DNA of 61,372 nucleotides from a virus. Taxonomy: Duplodnaviria > Caudoviricetes. Below are positions 19,244 through 28,359 of this stretch, one piece after another. Positions within the stretch are counted from its first letter, which is position 1; every line of letters starts with the position of its first letter. The notes beneath the pieces are model-generated. The model was not told the origin of the DNA. It worked only from the letters and a program-made list of their open reading frames with translations, and did not search any database. A program made the position numbers and the translations under genes. The stretch spans positions 1-61,372 of IMG/VR virus record IMGVR_UViG_3300025030_000109. One strand, 5' to 3'.

Positions 19244-22200
19244 GTGGCCCTGACCCCCTACATCGGAGAAGAAGTCGATGCCCCGCAGTTGACGCCCTAT
19301 GCAGGGCCTGAAGCAGCCCCGGCAGCCACCCCCTCCCGCCTGCGCCGTTTCGTCGCCGACCCTCTGATCTCCGCGACCAAGGGGGCCATCGGGTTGCCGG
19401 AGGCGGCAGTCGGCGTGGCTGACATCGCCACGGGCGGGCTCGCCGGCAAGGCAGCGGAGGCTGTGGGCTTCCGGCCCAAGCAGGCGAAAGAGATCCTGAA
19501 CTCCCTCTACTCGCCGGAGCAGCAGGCGGCGAACAACGAGGTGGCACAGGCCGAGGGCGTGCTGCCCACGCTGAAGGCGTCATTCCGGAACCCGTCTACC
19601 ATCGCCCACACGGTCATCGAGTCGGCGCCGTCCATGCTTGGAGGCGCGGGTGTTGCCCGTGGGCTGCTACGAGCCGGGGTTACCGCCTCTCCGCTTATCG
19701 CAGCCGCCGCAGGCGAGGGGGCCATGAGCGCCGGGTCCACGGCGGAGCAGGTCAGGCAGGAGGACCCCGCGGGTCGCCTCTCGCTCCGGCAGTCGGCTAT
19801 CGCCGCAGGCAGCGGAGCGCTGACCAGCGCCCTCGGCGTAGCCGGAGGCAAGCTGGCGAACAAGCTCGGCATCGTGGATGTGGATGTGGCTCTGGCCGGC
19901 GGGGCGAGAGCGACCAGGAAAGGGACTGCCAAGGCTCTCGCAGAGGGCGTGGTCTCCGAGGGACTCCTTGAAGAGGCGCCGCAGTCCGCGCAGGAGCAGG
20001 CGGCGCAGAACGCCGCGACCGGCAAGCCTTTAGGCGAGGGTGTAGCCAAGGCTGCGACGGTCGGAGCTATCGCAGGCGGTGTCATGGGTGGCGGCACCTC
20101 GGCTGCTTTCAACCTGGCGGCGAAGGCGGTCGGCATCGGGGACAAGACCGAGCAGATCAAAGCCGAGATCGAGACCCTTCAGGACCTCGTCGATCCCGAG
20201 GAGCAGAAGGCTGCGGTCGCCGATCTGGGCGCCCGGGTGAGTCCGGAGAACCCCGCAGCTTTCGAGGCTCAGGTCCTGGACCGGCTGGACGCTGGCGATC
20301 ACCCGCTGGATGAGAAGGGGCAGGAGGCTCTGGAGGTTCCCGAGGCGAAGCCGGAGGAGACAAGGGCTTCTCTTCTTGAAGCCGTTGCGGAGTCGCTCGC
20401 CGTGGATGAGAACCCGCTGGAGATCCTCCAGGCGAAAGACGAGGCGAAGGTTCTGGACGCTTTGAAGCCTGCGGAGCCGGCGGTCCAGCAGGATCTCTTC
20501 GCTCCAGCTACGCCGGTCGCCGACCCTTCAGTTCTCCGCGCGCAGACCTGGGCCAAGGACGGCAGGGTCATTCTGAAGGAAGGCCTCGCGCCTGATGCGG
20601 AGGTCGCGGCGCTGCTGGACGACATGGGTCTGACGCTGGTCAAGGGCGAGCGGGTGGACCGGAAGGACGGCGGGAGTGTCAAACGGAGGGAGTGGCGGGT
20701 GGAGCCAAAGGCGCAGGGCGAAGCCCCCATCGCCCACATGGAGCAGCGTCTCGCCTACCCTGACAACCCGAACCTCGTGGTGGCCCGTAAGGGCGACCAG
20801 ATCGCGCTGATCGACCTGAAGAGCAAGTCGGTACTGGGCAAGGCAGACATAGTCGAGGGGAAACTCGGGGGCTGGTCGGAGGGCTCCGAGCCTGCGACCC
20901 CTGCCGAGCGTGTGCAGATCGAGGGGCTCTTCCGGAGGCACTTGGGGGAGGGGAGGAGCGAAAGCGAAGCGGTAACCCGATTCTCCAGAACCGCAGCACC
21001 CAAGAAGACGGTGAAAGCGTACAAGTTATTCCGCACCTTGAAAAACCGTCCTGGTGAGTTATTCCCCCTGTTCATCGGGAAGACAGATGCGGTAAAGGTG
21101 GGGGAGTGGGTTGAGGCAGAACACATACCCACCAAAGGATTTGCCCCGAGGCCGGGGTGGCACGCAGGGGCGAACCCCTCCGCACCTCATCTGCGATCCG
21201 CGGGTAAGATTGCGCCTGACCGAGTGTGGGCTGAGATAGAGATGCCTGACGACGTGGATTGGCAGACAGTCGCGGACGGAAATAAAAGCGCCAAGAAGTC
21301 CCGTGGAGATATTCAGGATCAGGTCCCCAAGGGTGGACACTATGCTTTCAATACGTCGAAGAAAGGTTCCGACGGCACGCAGAATCCTGCGTGGGCATGG
21401 CTGATCGGCGGGGCAATCAAGATAAACCGCATCCTCAGTAATGACGAAGTCGCGGACATCTTAACCAAAGCAGGTATGACTTCTGAGGTTGAGGCGGAAA
21501 CTCAAGGCAATGAGGCTCTCTTTGGGCAGTTCAAAGAGAAGCTGAACCGCTCCGGAGGAGCAGGCCTCCCCGCTCCCGAGATCCGCACCCATCTCGCCTC
21601 CGCCGTTGCCTCCCTGAAGATCCCCGTCGTGGTGGTCGGCACGGCTGCCGAGATCCCCGGGCTGCGCCCCGACGCCCCCGCCTTCAACGGAGTCTTCCAC
21701 CGAGGTACCATCTATCTGAACGCAGAGCACATCACCTCGCTGAAGGAGGCGGAGGACGTCCTGCTGCGGCACGAGATCCAGCACGCAGGTCTGCGAGCGC
21801 TCTTGGGTATCGACGGGCTCGACAAGGTCCTCGCCAAGGCGTGGAACGACCTGGGCTCAGGGGTGCGCGAGTTCGCGCAGGAGAAAGGCATCGAGACCAG
21901 GAGCAAAGAGGGGAAGCGCGAGGCGACCGAGGAGTACATCGTCGAGCTGGCGAGGGCGGACGCCAAGCACCCGCTCTGGGACCGCTTCGTGGAGGTCTTC
22001 AAGGCGGTGCTTCGCAAGATGGGGATCGATCTGAAATACAGCGACGCCGAGCTCCGCTCGCTGGTGGCCCGCGCCGGGGAGGCGATGAGGACCAAGGGGG
22101 TCGAGAGCGACGCGACCCGCTTCAGCGCCGACGGCGTGCCGCTCACGTGGTTCTCCAGTCTGGAGAAGCTGATCGACCAGAAGACCAAGACCCTGAAGGG

Positions 22201-25200
22201 CGACAACAAGGTCCCCGCCTCGCATTTCACTGGCATCCTGAAGGAGGCTAAGAAGGACGAGTTGGAGCAGACAGGCTTGACCTCCTTCCTGAAGGAGAAC
22301 CCGCGGGTCACCAAGAACGAGGTGATCGACTTCCTGAAAGAGAAGCAGCTTGATTTGAGGGATGTGGTCCTTGGTGACGGCCCCAAGGTCCCCAAGATCA
22401 CCGCCGTGAAAGTCAGCGAAGCTTCTGATGTCCCGCAGTGGGCAATAGACAACACCCCCGATGCTTGGGCCGTCTACCGCGACGGCGAGTTCATGTACAC
22501 ATCCGAGGAGGCGAGCAAGTACGACGCGATAGCGGAGTACGACGTCAACGCTGACGACGATTACGACCAAGAGAACGAACCGCAATTCGCGCAGTACGTG
22601 GAGCCCGGCGCTGCCGAAAGCAGTTACAGAGAGATGTTCGTGACGGCTCCGAGCACCCAAGACCCCTATACTGGTGACATCCAGGCGATCAATGACTACC
22701 ACATGGGGATCATTACCAAGTCCGAGGCAGAAGCTCGCGGGGCGGTGATCAACGAACCTTGGGAGGATGGACACAGCCAGTATCAAGGTGTGGAGAACCC
22801 CATCGTCCGCATCCGCTTCAACGAGCGCAGCGTGGATGGCAAGCGCGTTCTCTTCGTGGAAGAGATGCAGGGGCCGTCCGACGCGAACCAGAAGAAGATG
22901 CCGGAGTACCTCAGAAAGCGGATCTACGATCTAGGCGTGAAGCGCGTGCTTGCCTACGCCAAGGAGAACGGTTTCGCGGGGGTCGCCTGGACCACCGGGG
23001 AGATGCAGGCGAAGCGGTACGATTTGAGTAAGCAGATAAGCAAGGTCACCTACACGGATAACGCCTCATCCGGGATCGGACGTGCGAACCTCGACGGTGA
23101 CCCGACATACGGGCGGGTAGTGGCCTTTGACCACAATGGCGGGAAGGTTATAGATAAGCAGGTCGAGCCGGAGGAATTGCCTGAGATAGTAGGCAAAGAC
23201 GTAGCCAAGAAACTGCTCGCCCAAGCCCCCGAGCACAGTAACTCCTACGGTCTCGGCGTGCGCCTGAAAACGCTTTCCGGCCTCGACCTCAAAGTTGGCG
23301 GCGAAGGGCTCGCTGCGCTCTATGATAGAACTCTTCCTTCTCTATTCAAGAAGTACGGGGGGGAGGGGGTAGGCACCGTCAAGATCGACGGCATCCCCGG
23401 CGGGGCGCGCCAGATGGAAGACGTTATGGAGCGGGCAGAAGATCCTGACTTTCGCATGATCCCCGTCCCCTTCACCCTCATCACCGACCGAACCCCCGGC
23501 TCGTTCCCGCTGTATCAGCGGCTGAACACGAAAGAGGGGGTTAACGACCTCTACCAGAAGACCACCACACAGATCGCCAAGCGCGCTCTCTCGGACATCT
23601 CGGGGAACGTGTGGCGCTCCATCATGCCTGTGGACCGTGCGATCAAGATGGCGCAGTCCATGCCGATCTACGCGCCGATCAAGGATCTCCTGGCGGACTA
23701 CCTGGTGCAGAAACGTGCCAAGGCTGCGGCTGGTGACGTGCCGACGACCCGGGCCCAGACGATCCGGCTGGAGCATGAGAAGGCCTTCAAGACCGATACG
23801 GACCTCGCTGCCTTCAACGACCTGACCATCAAGGCGACGCTCTACGAGCTCCACGCCGACGGCCGGGATGCAGGGTGGACGCCCAAATCGTGGGAGGAGT
23901 CGGGGAAGGCAGAGCAGACCGGGAAGACTCTGGGCGAGGCGCGCACCGAGATCGCGGCGCTCTGGAAGAAGCTCTCCCCCGAGCAGCGCAAGGTGCAGCA
24001 GAAGATCATCGACCACATGAAGGTCCTCGCCGACCAGTTCCGCGACGCGCAGCTGGAGCCCCTGCGGGCTTCCTTCGGCAACGAGGCGTTCAACCAGGCG
24101 GAGGAGATCGCGGGGACGCTCTGGAAACAGGACCCCGCCGGGATGGTGAAACTGCGGGCTACGCACGGCAACGAGGCGGTGGATCTCGCCCTCCAGATCG
24201 CTCAGATCAGCGACCGCGGGCAGCTGCGCGGGGACTACGCGCCCCTCATGCGCTTCGGGGACCACGTTGTCCGCACTCTGGAGGAGGGCTCGGAGAAGCG
24301 GCTGAAGACGGAGATGTTCGAGTCCAAGCAGGCGGCGATGGACGCCGTGGAGCGCATCAAGAAGATGAAGGGGGTCACCGCGCAGTACGAGCTCCAGACC
24401 GAGGGGAGCCGCAACGTGACCAACATCCCGCTCGCCTTCCTGGAGCGCATGAAAGCTGCGGCCGAGGCCCGGGGACTCACTGGGGAGGCGCTGGACTCGC
24501 TCATGGACGACTTCAAGGCGGCCCGCCTCCAGACCATGCCGCGCTACGCCGTCTCAGGCCACACCCTGAAGCGCGAGGGGGTCGAGGGTTACTCCACGGA
24601 CGCGCTCCGGGCTTACGCCACCTACACGGCGAAGGCGGCCCGCGCCATAGCGAGCCTGAAATACGGCACGGCCATAGAGCAGACCTTCCGCGACATGACC
24701 AACCGGATCAAGGCGCAGGACACCGACGTCCACGCCATCGAGCGCATGTCGACGCTGCGGGACAACCTGTACCGGCTGGAGATGGCGCACAACGCCGAGA
24801 AGATCAACGAGTTCACCAAGGCGGTGGGCAAGGCGACCTTCCTCTGGTACCTCTCCAGCCCGTCGGTGTGGGCGGTGCAGTGGGCGCAGCCCTTCATGAC
24901 CACCATCCCCAAGATGGCGGCGCGCTACGGGTTCACCAAGGCCTTCACGTCCTACGTGAAGGAGGCGAAGAACTACACCGCCGGCAGGTTTTCCGACGAG
25001 AAGATCGAGGCCTTCAACCTGGCGCACGAAAACGCAGGCGAGCGGCTCTACGAGATGATCCAGGCGGAGCGCAAGGCCTCCGCCGCCGAGAAGGGTCGAC
25101 TGCGCCTCGCCATGAAGGCTCTCTACGGCAGCTTCTCCGAGAGCGACCGGAAGCTTCTGATTCTGAAAGTTCTGGGCCTCCAGGGTATGCTGGACCTCTC

Positions 25201-26440
25201 GTCCTCCCACGAGTTGCAGGACCTCATCACCGGGGCCTCCCGCGGCGAGAAGCTGGTCGACGCCGTGGTATCCAAGGGCGCCTTCTTTATGCAGAAGTCG
25301 GAAACCGGCTCCCGCCGCGCCGCAGCGATCTCGTCCTTCCAGATAGCACTGGCACACGGCAAGGACTTCATGGAGGCGAATGACTACGCCGCGAACATCA
25401 TCGACGACACGCTGGCCGACTTCTCCAGCCAGAACCGGCCGGAACTGCTCCGCGGCAACACGGGTCGGGTCCTGGGTCAGTTCCAGTTCTTCCGCCTGCA
25501 CATGCTGGGCAAGACCGTGCAGCTCGCCAAGGACGCCTACCTGGAGGATGGGTGGGGTGAAAGGCGCAAGGAGCTGGCCTACATGGTGGGCATGTCCATG
25601 GGTCTGGCCGGGGCCTCGGGAACCCCCATCGCCATGCTGGCCTCGAATGCAGTGACTGGCGCCATCTGGGCGGGGCTTGCGGCGGCCTTCGGCGACCCGG
25701 ACGATCCGTGGGACCCCAAGCAGGACTTCGAGAACGCGGTGCGCGAGGCGCTCGGCGATACGGCAGGCAACGTCTTTTTGAAGGGTCTCCCGTCGCTCAT
25801 CGGCGCGGACATCTCCAAGCGCGTGGGTCTGGGCGGCATGGCGAACGTGATAAACGGCGAGCCTCCCCCGGGCCTTACCGGGACGCAGAAAGCTCAGTGG
25901 TACGCAGGCCGCGCTCTGGGTCCAGCTTTCGGCATCGTCTCCGACTCCCTGCGCGCCTCAGACGCCCTTGCAGACGGCGATCTGGGCGAGGCCGTGGCTG
26001 TGTCCTCTCCCAAGGTGCTGAAGGACTTCATCAAGGCCTACGGCCTGAGCGAGCGCGGCGCCGTCGGTGGCGGCGGGAACACCATGATCCAGCCGGAGGA
26101 CCTGTCCCCCACGAGCGTCGCCCTGCAGCTTCTGGGCGTGAACCCTCTGGAGGTATCCTTGGCGCAGGAGGAACGCCGCGAGATCTCTGCCCTGTCCGTC
26201 GAACTGCGGCAGCGCCGGTCGCTCCTGATGAAGCGGGTGACCGAGGCGACCATGGAAGGCGACATGGAGGCGCGGGATGAGGCGATCGAGGCGGTCAATA
26301 CCTGGGGGATGAAACAGCCGGGGATGAAGATCTCGCAGGGGGAGCTCCTCGCCGCGCTGAAGCGCGGTCAGGCGGCGAGGGCCGGAGTGCTTACAAAGAG
26401 AGATCAGATGCTGCAGGAGAGGGTGAGGGGCGGGGAGTAG
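19244..26440 (+). CDS. 2398-aa large polyvalent/ejection protein with PLxRFG domain
   Basis: YAPLMRFG (24242-24259), zincin HEIQH (21770-21784), LFVEEMQ nuclease-like motif, Gly/Ala-rich N-terminus. Confidence 0.8.
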   Translation: MALTPYIGEEVDAPQLTPYAGPEAAPAATPSRLRRFVADPLISATKGAIGLPEAAVGVADIATGGLAGKAAEAVGFRPKQAKEILNSLYSPEQQAANNEVAQAEGVLPTLKASFRNPSTIAHTVIESAPSMLGGAGVARGLLRAGVTASPLIAAAAGEGAMSAGSTAEQVRQEDPAGRLSLRQSAIAAGSGALTSALGVAGGKLANKLGIVDVDVALAGGARATRKGTAKALAEGVVSEGLLEEAPQSAQEQAAQNAATGKPLGEGVAKAATVGAIAGGVMGGGTSAAFNLAAKAVGIGDKTEQIKAEIETLQDLVDPEEQKAAVADLGARVSPENPAAFEAQVLDRLDAGDHPLDEKGQEALEVPEAKPEETRASLLEAVAESLAVDENPLEILQAKDEAKVLDALKPAEPAVQQDLFAPATPVADPSVLRAQTWAKDGRVILKEGLAPDAEVAALLDDMGLTLVKGERVDRKDGGSVKRREWRVEPKAQGEAPIAHMEQRLAYPDNPNLVVARKGDQIALIDLKSKSVLGKADIVEGKLGGWSEGSEPATPAERVQIEGLFRRHLGEGRSESEAVTRFSRTAAPKKTVKAYKLFRTLKNRPGELFPLFIGKTDAVKVGEWVEAEHIPTKGFAPRPGWHAGANPSAPHLRSAGKIAPDRVWAEIEMPDDVDWQTVADGNKSAKKSRGDIQDQVPKGGHYAFNTSKKGSDGTQNPAWAWLIGGAIKINRILSNDEVADILTKAGMTSEVEAETQGNEALFGQFKEKLNRSGGAGLPAPEIRTHLASAVASLKIPVVVVGTAAEIPGLRPDAPAFNGVFHRGTIYLNAEHITSLKEAEDVLLRHEIQHAGLRALLGIDGLDKVLAKAWNDLGSGVREFAQEKGIETRSKEGKREATEEYIVELARADAKHPLWDRFVEVFKAVLRKMGIDLKYSDAELRSLVARAGEAMRTKGVESDATRFSADGVPLTWFSSLEKLIDQKTKTLKGDNKVPASHFTGILKEAKKDELEQTGLTSFLKENPRVTKNEVIDFLKEKQLDLRDVVLGDGPKVPKITAVKVSEASDVPQWAIDNTPDAWAVYRDGEFMYTSEEASKYDAIAEYDVNADDDYDQENEPQFAQYVEPGAAESSYREMFVTAPSTQDPYTGDIQAINDYHMGIITKSEAEARGAVINEPWEDGHSQYQGVENPIVRIRFNERSVDGKRVLFVEEMQGPSDANQKKMPEYLRKRIYDLGVKRVLAYAKENGFAGVAWTTGEMQAKRYDLSKQISKVTYTDNASSGIGRANLDGDPTYGRVVAFDHNGGKVIDKQVEPEELPEIVGKDVAKKLLAQAPEHSNSYGLGVRLKTLSGLDLKVGGEGLAALYDRTLPSLFKKYGGEGVGTVKIDGIPGGARQMEDVMERAEDPDFRMIPVPFTLITDRTPGSFPLYQRLNTKEGVNDLYQKTTTQIAKRALSDISGNVWRSIMPVDRAIKMAQSMPIYAPIKDLLADYLVQKRAKAAAGDVPTTRAQTIRLEHEKAFKTDTDLAAFNDLTIKATLYELHADGRDAGWTPKSWEESGKAEQTGKTLGEARTEIAALWKKLSPEQRKVQQKIIDHMKVLADQFRDAQLEPLRASFGNEAFNQAEEIAGTLWKQDPAGMVKLRATHGNEAVDLALQIAQISDRGQLRGDYAPLMRFGDHVVRTLEEGSEKRLKTEMFESKQAAMDAVERIKKMKGVTAQYELQTEGSRNVTNIPLAFLERMKAAAEARGLTGEALDSLMDDFKAARLQTMPRYAVSGHTLKREGVEGYSTDALRAYATYTAKAARAIASLKYGTAIEQTFRDMTNRIKAQDTDVHAIERMSTLRDNLYRLEMAHNAEKINEFTKAVGKATFLWYLSSPSVWAVQWAQPFMTTIPKMAARYGFTKAFTSYVKEAKNYTAGRFSDEKIEAFNLAHENAGERLYEMIQAERKASAAEKGRLRLAMKALYGSFSESDRKLLILKVLGLQGMLDLSSSHELQDLITGASRGEKLVDAVVSKGAFFMQKSETGSRRAAAISSFQIALAHGKDFMEANDYAANIIDDTLADFSSQNRPELLRGNTGRVLGQFQFFRLHMLGKTVQLAKDAYLEDGWGERRKELAYMVGMSMGLAGASGTPIAMLASNAVTGAIWAGLAAAFGDPDDPWDPKQDFENAVREALGDTAGNVFLKGLPSLIGADISKRVGLGGMANVINGEPPPGLTGTQKAQWYAGRALGPAFGIVSDSLRASDALADGDLGEAVAVSSPKVLKDFIKAYGLSERGAVGGGGNTMIQPEDLSPTSVALQLLGVNPLEVSLAQEERREISALSVELRQRRSLLMKRVTEATMEGDMEARDEAIEAVNTWGMKQPGMKISQGELLAALKRGQAARAGVLTKRDQMLQERVRGGE

Positions 26441-26454
26441 GCCCCGCCTACTCC
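26434..26454. terminator. Hairpin at the convergence of the late and replication arms
   Basis: GGAGTAGGC-CCC-GCCTACTCC containing both convergent TAG stops; no U-tract. Confidence 0.45.
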
Positions 26455-26876
26455 TCCTCAAAACTGAATCGCTTAACCATCGGGTTAAGGCAGAGCCCCA
26501 CCAGCAGCGGGACGTGGTGGCAGAGATCGTTGAATGACTCCAGCAGCGGGAGCGCCCGGACACGGAGGATGTGGACTACCTCGTCCTCCATGGTTTTTGC
26601 CTTCAGGATCTCGTCGGTGCAGGCAGCGAAGACCTTGACGCTCCAGCCGGCGCCGGAGAAGGCGCCCTGGTGGAACCAGCAAAAGTCAGGGATGGAGACT
26701 CCCGTCTCCTCAAAGAACTCGCGGCTCATCGCCTCAAAGGACGACTCGTGGTCCTCGATCTTCCCGCCCACACCGTTCAGCTTCCCGATGAGCTCCTTCG
26801 GTCCCCGGTTCTTCTTGATGAGGACGACCCGCTCCTTCTTCGCGTCGAAGGCGAAGCCTACCACATAGTTGATCAC
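26448..26876 (-). CDS. Nudix (MutT-like) hydrolase
   Basis: Nudix box GGKIEDHESSFEAMSREFFEETG; GTG start overlapping upstream TGA. Confidence 0.9.
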   Translation of the reverse strand: MINYVVGFAFDAKKERVVLIKKNRGPKELIGKLNGVGGKIEDHESSFEAMSREFFEETGVSIPDFCWFHQGAFSGAGWSVKVFAACTDEILKAKTMEDEVVHILRVRALPLLESFNDLCHHVPLLVGLCLNPMVKRFSFEEE

Positions 26877-27037
26877 ACTTCCTCCAGCCGGCAGCAGATG
26901 CCGCGGCTCTGGCACTCCGCCATGATGTCCCTCGCCTTGTCCACATCCACGGGGTGCGGATTGACGACCGAGGGGTAAAAGTCCGTGCCGCCTGGACGGT
27001 CAACGGCCCGCGAGGCGACTACGTTGTAGAGGAGCAT
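26873..27037 (-). CDS. Hypothetical protein (54 aa)
   Basis: AGGAGG RBS; coupled to Nudix gene. Confidence 0.55.
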   Translation of the reverse strand: MLLYNVVASRAVDRPGGTDFYPSVVNPHPVDVDKARDIMAECQSRGICCRLEEV

Positions 27038-27153
27038 GACGCCTCCTGCAGGGCCGCCTCCGCCTCGCACCTGCCGCAGAGAAAACACTTAATCTCTGCC
27101 TCCTCCGCATTACAGATCCGGGTTCCGTCGTACTTGCAAATGAAACAGGACAT
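27019..27153 (-). CDS. Small Cys-rich protein (44 aa)
   Basis: MSCFICKYDGTRICNAEEAEIKCFLCGRCE; two CxxC pairs. Confidence 0.5.
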   Translation of the reverse strand: MSCFICKYDGTRICNAEEAEIKCFLCGRCEAEAALQEASCSSTT

Positions 27154-27312
27154 TTTCGCACCCCCGAAAATAATCTGTTGACAAGATTTCAGACCCCGAT
27201 AACATTAGCCTATCCTAACGATCGGAGGTCGCCCGTGACTCACTACCCCATAGAAGAACTGGAAGCCCGCAGGGATCGGCTCCTGTGTCAGATCCTGCCC
27301 CTGCGGGAGAGG

Positions 27313-27474
27313 CTACTGCGTCATAAGCGCGCTCACTCTGCTCCGGAAACCGTCGATCTCCGCGAAGGTGGGCTGCGTGATCTCCGTGTGGACCCCGCAG
27401 GCGGGGCAGAAGCCGAGGTTCGTCGCTCCGTCAACCTCCCCGCTCATCTCCGTTTCACATCTGGGGCAGTTCAT
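27313..27474 (-). CDS. Small zinc-ribbon protein (53 aa)
   Basis: CPRC...CPAC; AAGGAGGT RBS; ATGA overlap. Confidence 0.6.
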   Translation of the reverse strand: MNCPRCETEMSGEVDGATNLGFCPACGVHTEITQPTFAEIDGFRSRVSALMTQ

Positions 27475-27680
27475 CTCGCTACCTCCTTGGAAGCCCAGGC
27501 GACGAAGCGTCCGAGCGAGCAGTGTCCACCCCCGAGCTGCGGGGCGAAGCGGCCGTGGTTCTCGCGGACCACGAGGCTGATGTAGAAAACCGTGTCCTGC
27601 GTCTTCCGTGTGACGATCTTGCGCCCGAGGTTGCAGTGGTCCGTGTAGATCTTTCCCGGTCGGATGTCGCGTCGGCGCAT
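27471..27680 (-). CDS. Hypothetical protein
   Basis: AGGAGG RBS; first gene after promoter at 27745. Confidence 0.6.
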   Translation of the reverse strand: MRRRDIRPGKIYTDHCNLGRKIVTRKTQDTVFYISLVVRENHGRFAPQLGGGHCSLGRFVAWASKEVAR

Positions 27681-27705
27681 AGTCCCTCCTAATTAGTATA
27701 GGTGA

Positions 27706-27745
27706 ACTATGCCTCAATGATAGATGTTTGTCAAGAACTTTATTT
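27706..27745 (-). promoter_or_regulatory. AATAAAGTTCTTGAC-family promoter
   Basis: AAATAAAGTTCTTGACA-N17-CATAGT. Confidence 0.7.
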
Positions 27746-27750
27746 AAAAA

Positions 27751-28350
27751 TTATCCCCACTGCGCGGCCATCGCCTCTGCGATGCCGGTGTACGTCTTGG
27801 AGCGCTCTTTCCAGCGGTCCTCGCTCGGGCCTAACTTATTCTGCCCGCTATCTGTCTGATTAGCCCATCGTCTCTTCCCATCTGCTGTGATGCGGGGCGC
27901 TACTAGCTCTGTCGGTTGCAGCAGGGGCAGCCCCTTGAGCCACAGGCAGGTACGCTTGCTTGCATCATGCCCGAACTGATAAGGCTGAATACTTTGCGAC
28001 GCCTTTCTAATTCGGGTACCGATACATCCGACAGGGTTCTCAAGCGCAATCTTCGGAATCGGCAAGTCGAGCAACCAGCGCACGAACTTCAAGGATTCCT
28101 CGGTTTTCTCATGCCCTCGCCCTCGATCATTCCAGTGTAGCCCACTGCCGCACATGTAAGTGCATTCCGGGTGTACAATAAACAGGTCCCACGGTACACC
28201 CCTCGCCAGCACGTCCCGAATATCTCCTTGGATGTGGAACGGTGAGCCATCATCCGCGGGGAGGAGGTCGCAGCTCCAAGCTCGATGTCCTCGGGCTCGA
28301 AAGGCACGCCGCACCTCCCCGCTGGTTTCACATCCAACAAGCACTAGCAT
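27751..28350 (-). CDS. Phage DNA cytosine methyltransferase-like protein
   Basis: VLVGCETSG, WSCDL, HPECTY, ENPVG, RSKTYxGIAxAMAxQWG. Confidence 0.8.
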   Translation of the reverse strand: MLVLVGCETSGEVRRAFRARGHRAWSCDLLPADDGSPFHIQGDIRDVLARGVPWDLFIVHPECTYMCGSGLHWNDRGRGHEKTEESLKFVRWLLDLPIPKIALENPVGCIGTRIRKASQSIQPYQFGHDASKRTCLWLKGLPLLQPTELVAPRITADGKRRWANQTDSGQNKLGPSEDRWKERSKTYTGIAEAMAAQWG

Positions 28351-28359
28351 TTAACCTCC

